Positions 47,789-60,000 of a stretch of DNA of 60,000 nt are shown here, one piece after another. How positions within the stretch are numbered: position 1 is the first letter of the stretch; each line of letters begins with the position of its first letter. This stretch comes from Felis catus (Eukaryota): contig NC_058383.1 in NCBI RefSeq assembly GCF_018350175.1, positions 10,108,001 through 10,168,000 of the forward strand, read 5' to 3'. The translations under genes and the position numbers were made by a program. The notes beneath the pieces were generated by a model that was not told where the DNA came from, searched no databases, and saw only the letters and a program-made list of their open reading frames with translations.

Positions 47789-50700
47789 GTCCCCAAACTG
47801 GAAACATCCCTCCCAAGCCTGTGCCTCTGGGCGGCCACTGCTGCCTCCCAGTCACAGGAACTCCCCACTGGCCCCAGCATTCCTATCTAAGTCACTCCGG
47901 AGGATGTGTGGCATTTCTTCCACTGTCCCCTCCCCTCCATATTCAATGCCACCCTGGCCTGATGTCATTTCTCACCCGGACCTCCCTGACTCCAGCCTCA
48001 CCCTCTCCAGCCCATCTTCCTGTCATGGCCTGGAAGTGCAGAAACCCTCCATGGTTCCCTAGACCTCCAGGATAAAGTCCACACCTCTTACCTTGGCTTC
48101 CAAACCCTCCATGACTGGCCTGTCGGCTTCATCCCCCTTTTCACCTCCTTCATAGGCCCCACCTTGAAGCCAAACGGCTTTTCCCCACCACAGCTCACCT
48201 TCCGGTGTTATTCTACACCGCCCTTCCCTTCCCTCCTCTGCCTCACCCACACCTGCCCACCCATCAGGATTGCCCAGGGCCACCCCTCTTCCAGGAAGCT
48301 TCCCTCCTCTGAAACCCCGTGGTCTTATCTGCCTCGCTCTCCACTTGGCCTTGGCCATTTCTCTGCATGCTGGCCTCCCTGCCGGGAGTAAAAGCAGGAG
48401 CTGTTGCCCTTTAGACTGAAATTCCTGAATCTGGAGCAGAGCTTGGCACACAGTAGGGCTTCCAAACCTTGGGCTCCCCAAGCGGTGACTTTTTCCACCT
48501 TAGCCCTCAGCAGACTTCCTCTCAGACAATTGACAGACAAGGGGGACCACCCGAACGTGACACTTATTGGGACCTTCAGCATCATTTACAAAGTTCTGTC
48601 CTAAAGGACATTCTCCCAAATGATCCCCATGAGAATGGGAGGGGGAGTTTGTCCTGGTACCTGAGCGTGACTGGGAAGACAAAGGGATGGGCCCTCGGGT
48701 GTAGGGACTCCCTGGGGTTAGAGCAAGGAGGGTCTCAAGAGAGTGGCTGTCCTGGCTTCCCAGATGAGGAGATGGGCACTAGGAAAGAATAAGTTTGTCC
48801 AGGGTCCCCAGAGGGTCAGGTCTGAGCAGGCCTGGCTGGGCTTTTCCTCCCCCACCTTGGGGACCCTGTGCTCCAGACAGAAGGGCAGTGACCATGTGGC
48901 TCCTGGATCTGGGGTAGGCTTTATTCAACACCAATAAGTTCACCCATTCAGGCAACCACCTGGCCCCTTGCACCTAAGCTGTGACAGATACTGGGACAAG
49001 GAATCGGTGGATAAATCGGGGCGCTCAAGCTTAGTTGGAGAGATAAGGAAAGCACACACAGGACACAAGCTAAAGCAAGGTGGGGAGCCTGCCATGAGAG
49101 GTGCACAGTGCCCTGGGTGCTCAGAGGACACCAGGATTTGGGGGTGTGAGAAAGGAGGGGATCCTGGAGGCCAGGAGCCTGCAGAGGGGTGGCAGGTTCG
49201 AGGGGATGAGCCAGGCAGTCCTCTAGCTGGCCCCACCCCTCTCCCTTTCCTGAAGCCCACCTTCAAACCCTCAGTGCTCAGGGAGAAGGCGCGTGCTGAC
49301 ATTTGTTTCATGCCTGCCGCGTGCTGTTACTATCATCACAAAAATATCATCACCTGCGGGGAGCCCTTGTGCGTGTCAGGCCCTGTGCTGAGATATGAAT
49401 GATCTCCCTGAAGACTCACAGCGAACCTCAGAGCGGGACCTACTGTTATTCCCACTCTGCAGATGAGTGAGCTCCGGCTAAGGAGGCTACGGACTCTCCC
49501 AAGGTCACACAGCTGCGGCATCCTAGAACTTGACTCAACCCGCCTCTGCCTGACACAGAACGTGGGGTGCTTCCAGCAACTCGTGCAATAGCTGGAGACC
49601 AGGGTCTGCCTGTCTGGGTGAGGGCCCTGGGTGGCATCAGAAATGTCTTCTGCAGAGAGAAGGATCTGCACCCCATCCAGCTTCGTGGGGAAGGGTGGAG
49701 AGCGCAGAGGTGTGTGGAGGGGTGGGCAGTGACTCCCTCTGGCCTCTCAGCTTCCTGGTCTGAGTAGGGCCCATCCTATGTGTTGTCAGGTGAGGACTGG
49801 AAGCCAGCCAGCTCGGAGCAGTAGAAGGAGCATTGCGTTCAGAGTAGGAGAGCCCTGGACTTCCAGCTAATCACAGTTCTGCTTCTTTTATGCTCCATGA
49901 CCCTGAACAGGTTACTGGCCTTCTGGGCCTTACTTGCTCATCCATAAAATGGGAGTGATAATATCTATCTGCCAAGGTTGCTAGGAAGCCTGAAGTAAGA
50001 TGATTTAGGGAGCACTGGGCACATAGATAAATAGAAACCAGAAAACCCTCCCTCTCTCTGCTTGGATGGAATCCAATGGAGCCAGGACAGAGAATACTGA
50101 GTATGGTCCCTCCTGGGCTGTGTGTTCCCAGCTCAGGGAAGCCTTTGATCAAGTGGGACTTGGTTGACCTGGACAAGGTCCCAACCCAGGGCCGACTGGT
50201 CTGAGGCCGCTCAGCCTCTGCTGCTGGGCCGTGGTGGGTGGGTGGGTCTCATATCCCCAAATGAATGACCGTGACCTCCTCAAGGGCATCTCAGATTCAA
50301 CCATCATTTATTTAGCATCAGTTCTGTGCCAGGCCCATTCATACTTGTTATCACCATGCCAACCAGGAAAAGTAGGGCTACTGGTCTTATTTTATAGATA
50401 AGGAAACAGATTCAGAGAGGTTAGTCACACGGCCTGCAGTCACACAGCCGGCAAGGGCAGAGACTGGGGAGGAAAGCAGCTCTGGGTAACTCCCAAGTCC
50501 GAAGCCCCCTCCACTGTACCACATGGCCTCTCTGGCCCCTTGTCCCCAGTCTCCATGGGGGCACCTGATGGGGGTTCAGTGAGGACTTTAGTGAAAGGCT
50601 GGTGGAGACCCAGGCAGGATCCTTAGCTTCCCCATTCGCAATGTGATGCCATTGGCCTAGCCAGCATCTAGCACGTCTTTCCACCCTGGCATCTGGAGCA

Positions 50701-50934
50701 CTGACTATGCTGACGGAATGCAGAAAGGGTCTTGAACTGCCCTCCAAATCTCTGCCCACCTTAGGATTCCAAGGGGTGACCCCCGCTGTGCCTAGCATCC
50801 CAGGGCAGAGTACCCTTTGGGACATGTTCCCCGAGACTCTGGGGGTCAGATGCTGGTGCTGGCCCTAAGGGGGTTTCCTGGGCACCTCCCACATGCAGCC
50901 CCCCTTGCTGGCGAGGCCCATGGTGCCCACTCAC

Positions 50935-51041
50935 ACTGGATATACCAGGCCCTCCAGATGGCGTTGTTGAGACGGATCTTGTCCCGGCAGAGCAGCTTGA
51001 GGCCTTTGAAGTTCTTCCACTTGGGAGACACCAGCTTGCCA
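50935..51041 (-). CDS. MLXIPL: MLXIPL exon 2 (GKLVSPKWKNFKGLKLLCRDKIRLNNAIWRAWYIQ)
   Basis: gacag| acceptor, T|gtgagt donor, 107 nt; MCR III (14-3-3-binding helix). Confidence 0.97.
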
Positions 51042-54000
51042 CTGTCAGAGGGAGAGGGCTGGGTCAGGCGGTTGGACAAGGGGCAGCTCAGGGAGGCCTC
51101 CTGCAGGGCTGGCTCCCCACTCTTCCCATGCGCTGGTTACTCATCCATGCTGGGCAAGCTGAGGACTCCCCTGCAACCCCACAAATCCTGCCCCTCACTC
51201 TGCCTGAAATCCCTACCCTGAGAGTCAGGCCTTTAAAAAACCCTCCCAGGTCCCTGCTCCAGGCTGAGCTGCTCGTTAACCTACCACCAGAACTAAAACC
51301 AGGCTGAAACCTGTTTGTCAGCTCCTTCCTCAGGACAATAATACCATGGCCTCATGGGCATCCTTTTCTTAGGCTGGCTAGGGAGGGTTCTCAGAGCCAT
51401 TTCTTACAGAGGGAAACTGAGTGCCTGGGAGGGAAAGGGACATGCCTAAGGTCACATGGTGGAGACTGATTCAGGCCCTGTGGCCTTTTCTCCACCAGTT
51501 TCACTGGCCCTCTTCGGCCTCCTCCGGGGATGGGTAAGGTGTGCCTGGGTGAGGAGAGAATCTCTTCACTACCAGTGGCTTCCAAGCAGCCAGCTGTTGC
51601 CTTTTCCCGGCCCTTCTGGTGTCTGCCCGCTCCAGAATCCCAGGATGGCAATCCCAGGATGGGGTGCACCCCTTCTTAGGGGCGTGTGCAAAACAACAGC
51701 CATCAGGCCCCAAAGGAAGGCAGCTGGGATGGTGGAGTGGTGGGCAGTGGGGAGGCAGCACCCTTACCCCAGCCCTCACCCTGACCCTAATCCTAGCAGT
51801 CAATGAAATCCACTCTCGCAATGACTCTCCAGGTCAAGATGTGCTAGGCACAGGCCAGTCTGCTACCGCTAAGGATCTGACCTAGGAGGTCAAGATGCTC
51901 AGAGTCTAGACCCCCACTGATCCCTCCCTCCTCCCTCCCTCCTCGTGGTCCACAAGCCAGGGCTGTATACGAGTCCCCTCTGGCCCATCTCCTCCAACCC
52001 TTGCTCACATGGAAGGCTGAGGCCTGGGGGACACCAGGCCTGCCTTCTCCCAAGGCTTCTCCCTCATCGTGGGGGTGATGGGTAGGTGGGTGGCAATCTG
52101 ACTCCTACAGCCCCTGAAACGCATGGGTCACCAGGTCTCTTCTCCTCTCTGGTCTCCAAGCTCCTGTGTTTGTTTTGGGGTATGGAGTGGGAAGAGCTGC
52201 CACCCCAGGGTACCACAGGCCTCATTACCCAAATAGAGTACATAGCCCATGCCTGCTGGCTGGCCCTCTCCCTCCTAAGTTAGATAAACACCATCTGTCT
52301 CGAAGGGAGACTTGGGTGGGGTGCACTGATACCTCCTGGGCCAGCTTCTTTGGCACCTGGGGGGACTCCTGAGTTTGTTGCTTCTGCCTGTATCCCAGCA
52401 ACCTCCCCACCCACTCTGATCAGTCAGTGTCCCACGCCCAGCCTGCCTCCCCTCCCTCCCTGTCCTTGCCGAGGTTCTGGGGTTTGTGGCCAGGAAGGGC
52501 TCAGGGAGATGAGACAGTGACAACATACAAGCCCAGAAGGAAAGGATTTGGTCTGTGCTGGGCTTGTTGGCTGGGAGGGAAGGAGAGGGGCTCAGCCCAG
52601 AGGAAAAAGCCCATGACCAGGGCTCAAAGGCTTCTTCTGACCAATAGAAAATCTGGGAATCTCAGGGATGGGTGGGAGAAAACCTAGAACTCTTAGTTCA
52701 GCACCGCTCCCCCTTCATGAGTCCAAGCTCCCTTATAGGAACTCCCTGAGAGTCTCTCTGACAGGGTCCTGCCTCGGGTCTACATGCCCGGGGCCATTTT
52801 TCCACAGCTAGCCAGCTCTGGCCACAAACAAGTGTTTTCTTGGAACTTCCAGACCCTGTCTCCCTGGGGCTTCCACCCACAGAACCACGGAATATGCACC
52901 TCCTCCTAGGAGAGAAGTCCTCCCTCTGCCCACAATGCCCTGCTGAGGATGAAAGCTGGCCAGGCACCCACAGGCTGTCCTCTGGGCCAAGCACCTGGGG
53001 ACCCCTTGCCTTGCTGTCCCTTGCCATCCAGTCACTCTCTCGGGGTGTCCTGGTTTCTCTAGTCCACTCCTCTCCGGGGGACCCCTATAATTAGGGGTAT
53101 TCAAGGGCTAAAACACTGTCCCAGTTTGAGCCTCAGATTTTTTTTCTCTACCAAACAGGGGAAGCCAAAGGCTCCTGTAGTACTGAGTCACCTCCATCCA
53201 TGGCTCTTAGGCCCCCACAGAGACGAAATATGCTGGGTATTTAGGGGAAAAGAACAGCCCTCTCCTCCCCAGCTGCCCTGGGTCACATCAGATTCTAGTC
53301 CAGCCTCTTAGTGGGAGCAGTTTTTGGAGTGTGCTCTGCTCCTGACCTTGCCCCCTCCCCTGAACCTCCTTTTTTGGTCACCCATGGTCTGTGGGGTGTA
53401 GTATGAAGGAGGAAGCTGAAGTTGGGAGCAGGTGAGAAACGTGGGGGGTCGGGGGGGTGCTGGGAGAACCTGGGGGGTGCCCACATCCGGTGTACCAGGA
53501 CCTTAGATGCTCTGTCCCAGTCTGTCCCGTGATGTCCCAGGAGGCGGGGGGAAGGGAAGAAAGGGACGGGAATTTGAACTTTCCACATCGTCCGGCGCCC
53601 TGGACGATCAGGTTGCAACATGACCTGGGCCCGGGGCCAGAGCATATGGGCCAAGGTTACACCGCCTGCAGCCAATGGGGTCGTGGCTGGGCTGCCGCGA
53701 TTGGGGGTGGGCAAACCACCCCCCCCCCGCAACCCCCACCCCAGCTCCGGCTCCAGATCAGAGAGCCTCAAGGGCCGTTCTGTATCCCGCCGTTCTCAGA
53801 AGGGGAGGAGGCGCCTCTGAGGAAGAGGAATATTTGCACAGAGAAAAGATCAAGGCTGGCCGATCCCCCTTTCACCTCTACAGTTTTCGGTTGATAATTT
53901 ATCCTGGCCCCTCAGCTCCTGGGAACTTTGCTCCAGGGCACCGGGCCAGACCCCGGGTTCGCGCCCTCTCCTGGGACGCAGGCAGGGGTGGAAGCCCGGG

Positions 54001-54559
54001 CCAGGCGCGGTCCGGGAGCTCCGCGACGCGCGTAGCAGGGGTCCCAGGCAGCGTTAGGAGCTCAGCCTCGCGCTTGGACCCGGGTAGGCAAACCCAGGCC
54101 TCCCGGGGAACCAGCAGCACCCCCTGCCGGGCGCCCGCTGGGAAACTCTGCCAGTTGGGCACCCCGGGCCTGCCGGAGCACCCTTCTCCCGCCACCCTCG
54201 ACCTAACAGGTCAAGAACAGGTGTCCCGGCAATTGGGAAGTACAGGGTGGACAAGAGACTGGGTTTCAAAAGACGTTGGCTATGAATCGGGACAATCATG
54301 GGCGTGAGGAGTTTTGCCAGGGTGCAGGAATGGAGTGTGTCTGGGTACTGGGGTACGGGTACTGGGGAGGGAGCGGAGGGCCGAAGTGGTCTGGTGGAGT
54401 GGCCCCCAAAGTGGAGGGTGGGAATGGCTTAGGGTCCTGGAAGCTCGAGGGATGCCCTGGAATTTCTTTGGGGGCAGAAGAGTCAGGACGGGGAGAGGGG
54501 CCTTGGTGGGTCGAGGTGGAGGTCGAGGTGGAGGACAGGAGGTCCGCACCCTGGGGAGG

Positions 54560-55320
54560 GAGTGAAAGTGGTGAGCCATGGGAATCTGGAGGCAGGGCCG
54601 GGGCCAGAGGACGCTCGGGGTTGGGGGAGAAGGGTGTCCAGGATGTGGTCGGACTCTCCGAGAGCATCCAGGGACCAAAGTTTGGGGCCGGGTGGGGTGT
54701 CCGGGGCCCCAGCGCGTGGTGCCGCCACGGAGGGCCGAGGCTGCCGGGCCCCGGAGCCGCCCTCACCTGTAGGCCAGGCTCATGCACTCGAAGAGGCGGG
54801 TGAGTGTGGGGTCGATGCTGCGCGGCCCGAAGTCGGCGGGCCCCATGGGCCCCTCCTGGTCGCGCCGCCGGGTCAGCGAGTCGCTGTGCGGCGACGACAC
54901 CATGAAGTGACCGCTGTGGATGACCTGCGAGCGGAGCAGCCCGCCCGCGCTGCGCCGGTTACTCGGGTCCTCCGAATCTGTGTCTGAGTCCGAGTCTTGG
55001 CTGGGGACGACCCGCGGGCAGGACAAGCCGGCGGCCAGACCCGCCAACGCCCGGGCCATGGCTTTCGTTGCCGCCGCCTCGCCCGGGCTCCGTGGAGCAG
55101 CTGGCGCGGCCAGTGTGGCCAGACTGGCCTCATTAACATAACCCCGCCCCTCCGCAGCCATAGGTCGTTCCAGGGGGGCGGGGCCTTGGGGACAGCGCGC
55201 GGGAGCAGGCGGGACTGGGTTTAAATTAGCATAATCAATATGCACGCTAAAAATAAATTAATTAGCATGATCAATATGCTAAGCGAGAGCGCGGGCGGAG
55301 CTACTGCGGGTCTGGAGTTT
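54560..55320. promoter_or_regulatory. MLXIPL-alpha CpG-island promoter with GC boxes and octamer-like sites
   Basis: CpG density; GC boxes near 55142 and 55174; ATGCTAAT (minus) at 55225-55232 and 55261-55268; ATGTTAAT at 55132-55139. Confidence 0.85.
54767..55059 (-). CDS. MLXIPL: MLXIPL (ChREBP-alpha) exon 1a (MARALAGLAAG...VIHSGHFMVSSPH...SIDPTLTRLFECMSLAYS)
   Basis: Kozak AAAGCCATGG, Mondo conserved regions I/II, donor AG|gtgagg, 293 nt. Confidence 0.97.
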
Positions 55321-55392
55321 GGAAGAGGAAGAGGTCCCTATTTCCCCTCCTGCCCCTCCTTATGCGGTTCCCCGATGTCACCCAAAAGGGGT

Positions 55393-55555
55393 CTCAAGAA
55401 AAGTTGATGAGTAGAGCACCAGGTTGGCTCAATCGGTTGAACAACCTATTCTTGATCTCCGCTCAGCTCATGATCTTGGCTTGGGTCATGATCTCATGGT
55501 TCAGAGAGTTCAAGCCCCACGTCGGACTCTGCACTGACAGTGAGGAGCCTGCTAG

Positions 55556-55600
<45 letters not shown>

Positions 55601-55670
55601 TCCTACCCCACTCGTGTTTGTGCGCGCACTCTCTCTCTCAAGAAAGAAAGAAAGAAAAAGAAAGAAAAAA
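55393..55670 (+). mobile_element. Can-SINE immediately upstream of the MLXIPL promoter
   Basis: Head, long (CT)n, (AAAG)n tail. Confidence 0.88.
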
Positions 55671-58319
55671 GTTTGACTGTTAATCATTCACACCTGAGCC
55701 AGAAAGTGCCTCAGTGCCTGGGATTCCTTGCTTCCAGTGCCCTCCTGTGAAGTCCCTCAGCTAACTACACCCCTTCCTCCCTGCCCTCTCTGGTGTCCAG
55801 GCTCACATTCACCCTCTCTCAGTCCTGCACACAGCTGGAAGCACGCACCTGTCAGAGTCTTGTGTGGCCCGGCCCACAGGAAGGTCCCAGCACCCCCCCC
55901 CCCCCCCGTTGCCATTATGATCATCACTACACCTGCACAGAGGCCCCGAGGTTTACATGAGTGTGAATCCATGAGTGGTGACAGGTGATGACTGGCAAGG
56001 TGGAGCCTTGGTCACCTTCCCCTGGACATCCCCCAGGCAAGCCATCTGCTCTGGAGCTTTGGGTCCTCCCTCTCACCGGCCCTGGGGTCCAGCTCACATA
56101 GCTGTTTCTGAAGTCTCTCCTCTCACCCTGAGAACTGGGCTGTTTGGTCTAGAGCACTCACACTGTCACCTAGCTGGCATCTTTAACAATCCTCAGAGGT
56201 GGGATTCTTGCCCCACTTCAGCGCATGTCACCAGCGTCCACAGGAGTGGAAACACCCGAATATCTACACAGGGCCCGAAATGGAACCTGGTCTAGAATTC
56301 CAGACTTCCCATCCAGGGTTATCTCTGGTGGGGGAGGGGAGGGCTAGAGGCCAAAGCTAACCTCCCTTGGTTTTGTGGACAGTGTGGCCTATGTGTAGTC
56401 ACAGGAGAGAAAGCGGGGGCTGGAAGCTTGGAGAAGGTTCTCTCAGAGTGTTTTCTTCCCTCCCCTGGTAGGGTCACACAGCTCCCGAAATCAAATGGCA
56501 GTGCCTCCAGGGCCCCTGTGATCACCTGAGATGCTGAAATGATTGCCCTAGGCTGCTCACAGTCCCGCCTCTCCACCCACCCACCCCATGTCCCTTGGCC
56601 AGGTACCCTCTGTCCCTGCCAAACAGTCACCTCTCAGTCCCTGGAGCCCCAAGTGCTGCTCTCTGCAGGGGTGCATTCTCTCTGCTCATCTGATGGCCAA
56701 ATTCTGGGGCCTCAGGTACCCACCTCAGCCTGCCTCCTCTGGAGAGAGAGCCATTCCTAAGTGGTCCTTTCGGGATCCGGCACGGAGACCGACAGGGTCA
56801 CTACCTATCCTTTATGTGCCTGTCTGGCTCTGCCCCTGGCCTATGGGCCCTGAGATAGGAGTGTTCCTCGGGTGTCTGAACCCCCACACTGAGCATGCAG
56901 GGGCTTGGGAATGCTTGGAGAAGGGCACGACACTAAGAGGACCTGGCGGCCACTTTGGGGAGCAGGGGTGGGAAGCAGGGCCACTTCTCTGTTGGAGCCT
57001 CCTAGTTTCAAGGACCCCGCCTTAGGCAGAGGTCTGAATTGATCCTCGCTCTGCTGCTAATTCCATGAATGCCCCTGGGCAAATCTCTGTCTTACTGGGG
57101 CTCTGTCTCAGTCTCTTGCTCTGTCTCTGTCAACTCAGGAAATGGAATTCAGAGCTTTCTTAGGATTCTGTAACTGTTAACACCTTGGGTTCTAAGTCTG
57201 TCCTATCAGCATCCCACCTCACCCCACCACGCTCCCGCTGGCCTCCTGTCCCCAGGAGAAAATCTCAGAATGGCCTCCTGTGGTTCGAGAGATTTTCTCT
57301 TGAGTTGAGACTCAGTAGGGTGAATTATCTGTCTCACCCCATTACCCTCTCTTTCCCCAGCCATCAGCTGGCCCTCTGCACCCTGTTCTTGCCCTCCTCG
57401 GGGCCTGATAATACCTTTGGCGGGCTAAGGACTGAAAAAGACAATCCCTCTCTGTGTAATTCAAAACAGAACAACAATACATTGTACAATAAACACAAGG
57501 AAGTTCATAAGTTCCAATTTCTTCCACGAGGACATCTTCAATTGGAAAAAAAAAATCCATTACTAAATTTTTTTTTTCAAAAAAAAAAAAAAAGAAAAAG
57601 AAAAAAGAAAACGTTTCAATGCTCCAAGCTTGCTGAGGCCTGGAATGCATGCTTCATCTGCCTTGTCCAGCCTCCCCCAATCATCATTCCTAACCATACT
57701 GAAGTAGGTAATATTACCTCCATTTTACAGTTGAAGAAACAGGTCAGGGAGTGAGGCACTTGCTCAAGGTCCTGCCGTGAGGAAGGGCAGAGCCAGGTCT
57801 GACTCTGAAGTCCAGCCTCCTTCACTTATGAGGCTGCCACTTGTCTCCTCTTAAATACGATTCTAGCCACGGTCAACTGGAGAAGTCAAACCAGCTGGTG
57901 GCATGGGGGCCCTGGCATGCCTGGGCTTCGGCACAGCTGGTTCAGGGTGCCCTTGCCCGGATGACAGTGCAGGCTTGTGCGAGCTGGCCTGGGCTCACCC
58001 TTCTCCTCCCTTTCCCATCTGGCCCCCGTTACCCACGGCCCCGGGCTTACAGCCTCTCTCTACAGCCAAGTCTCATTCACAGGCCACGGAGGTGCAGGAC
58101 CGGGTGTAAAACCCTGGCTGTCCCTGCCGTCCTGCTTGACATCACACCCGCCCTGTGTCCCAGCCTTCGCTCTCAGGATCCCCTCCTTTCCCTCCTCATC
58201 TGGAAAGCTCACCCAAACTAGAAGTGCCGCCTCCACCTCCAACATCTTCCCGGAGTTCCCACAACCCTTGTTCCAATACAACTTTTAACTGCGTTCTGCT
58301 CTGCGTTCCCAGTGAGGGG

Positions 58320-58351
58320 TGCACATCCCTCCGTATCCCACTAGATGGCGA
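58320..58351 (+). promoter_or_regulatory. Candidate CTCF site with upstream module
   Basis: Core CCACTAGATGGCG (58338-58350) preceded 8 nt upstream by TGCACATCCC. Confidence 0.6.
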
Positions 58352-58600
58352 ACTGCCTGAAAGCGAGAATCCCATCCTCTCCATAGACCATTTTTCTCCA
58401 AGTGCGAACGGGGCAGATGGGTTTTTGTTGAATGAATTGAGTTTATACTGTATCTGTCTACTACATGTGTTCTATCTGTCCATCCATCTACACACACACG
58501 CACAGACACACAGACACACACAGATGACACTTACTAAGTGTGTATTATGTGCCTATCCTAGTGCTAGTATTTCACTTTTGCGAAAGTTAAAAAATACAGA

Positions 58601-58794
58601 GGGGCACTTGGGTGGCTCCGTCAGCTGAGCATCTGATTCTCAGTTTCCGCTCAGGTCACGATCTCACGGTTTCGAGCCCCGTGTCTGGCTCTGCACTGGC
58701 AGTGTGGAGCCTGCTTGGGATTCTCTCTCCCTCTCTCTCTCTGCCCTTCCCCTGCTGGCGCTGTCTCGATCTCTCTCAAAATAAATAAATAAGC
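58601..58794 (+). mobile_element. Can-SINE with TSD TTAAAAAATACAGA
   Basis: TSD at 58587-58600 and 58795-58808. Confidence 0.92.
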
Positions 58795-58809
58795 TTAAAA
58801 AATACAGAA

Positions 58810-59965
58810 ATGCAAAGATTTGGCCCTTGTAATATCCATAGTGACGGAAAGTAGATTAGCAGCTGCTAGGGATTGGGAATAGTTGGGTGTGGGCAATTAG
58901 AATAACTGCTAATTGGTATTGGGTTTCACCTTGGGGATGGTGAAAATGTTCTAGAATGAGATAGTTGGGGACAGTTGTGCAGCTTTGTGAATATGCTGAA
59001 TGACACTGAAAAAGGGTGAATTTTATAGTAAGTGTATTATATCTCAGTAAAATCAGGCACTTTTATATATCGTTCCATTTCCTGGTAGTCCTCTCCACTG
59101 TGCACGTGTGTGGATGCGTTACATTTTACCGAGGGGAAACTGAGGCTCTGGGAGGTGATTCAGAGTACTGTTGTGAGAGTGAACCATAAATGGCTAATGT
59201 TGGTGGCGCCTAACCTAACCCGTCTGTAGAATGTTCATGACAGCTCCGTGATTTTCAACTCGTCTTGCAGACAAAGGAACAGGCTTTGCCGAAGGTCAAA
59301 AGGTACAAGGAGAGCTAAGATTCACACGCAGGCAATCTGATGCCAGCCTGCCCCCAAGAACCTACATTCTCAAATTAGAAGGACGAGCAATCGCTCGGGA
59401 GGACGTGGTACCAGCAGAATTTCATCCATGCCGCTGCCAGGGTAACTTGGCCCGATCACTTCAGAAAACTATTTGTCAGTACCTACTAGGGCTGAACATC
59501 CACCTCCCTTATAACCCAACAATTCCACAGAAACGGGTGTGTATGTGCAACAAATACATATACACGACTATTCACTCAGCATTATTCCTATAATGCAGCC
59601 AGGCGCTGCCTCCTCACACTACAGAATATTAACACAGTAACGGGGATGAACACCATATAACCAAATGCAACCATATGGGTACATCTCACCGACAATATGG
59701 TGAACAAAAGAAGCCTGACACAGGAGGGTATGTGCTGTAAGACTTCATTTATATAAGGCTCCAAAACAAGCTAATCTGTGGTTTTGGAGTCAGGGTAGTG
59801 TTTAGCTTTGAGGTGAGAGAAGGGATCAGGAAGGGACTTCCTGGAGTGCTGCTAACATTTTGTCTCAGTATCTGGGTTCAGGTTACATGGGTGCATTTGC
59901 TGGAAATACTCATCAAGCTGGATACTTACAATGTGTGTACTCTAACATAGGTATGTTAGATGTAA
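58810..59965 (+). mobile_element. Old L1M 3'-end fragments (approx. 58810-59050 and 59400-59965)
   Basis: gggtttcaccttggggatggtgaaaatgttctagaatgagatagt...; atggtgaacaaaagaagcctgacac...; ggttacatgggtg. Confidence 0.7.
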
Positions 59966-60000
59966 AAGGTTTTTTTTTTAACGTTTATTTTGAGAGAGAA

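Noticed and set aside
55060..55245. In-frame N-terminal extension of MLXIPL (ATG at 55161; GTG at 55245)
   Set aside because: It overlaps the GC boxes and octamer sites, so it probably lies upstream of the TSS; the Kozak ATG at 55059 matches the known N-terminus

Overview
This is mammalian genomic DNA, very likely from a felid/feliform carnivore (dense SINEC_Fc-type Can-SINEs). It is syntenic with the human Williams-Beuren 7q11.23 block. Three minus-strand genes are present: the 5' end of BCL7B (exons 1-2; the gene runs off the left edge), complete TBL2 (7 coding exons, 1341 nt, 446 aa) and complete MLXIPL/ChREBP-alpha (17 coding exons, 2571 nt, 856 aa). All splice junctions were read by hand and phase-checked. 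Most short ORFs in the six-frame track are noise from SINEs, L1 or GC-rich antisense frames. The most notable items are: a U12 minor-spliceosome intron in MLXIPL; a phased ~30.5-bp GC-box minisatellite as the TBL2 promoter; a duplicated palindromic octamer/ATCAAT module in the MLXIPL promoter; a duplicated 42-bp acceptor/donor-like junction in the BCL7B-TBL2 intergenic space, suggesting an unannotated minus-strand spliced transcript; an orphan CpG-rich CRE element; and a multi-layer nested retroelement cluster with intact target-site duplications (TSDs). No prokaryotic-type systems are present. Novelty claims are inferences that need checking, and comparisons with human or rodent genes are from memory.
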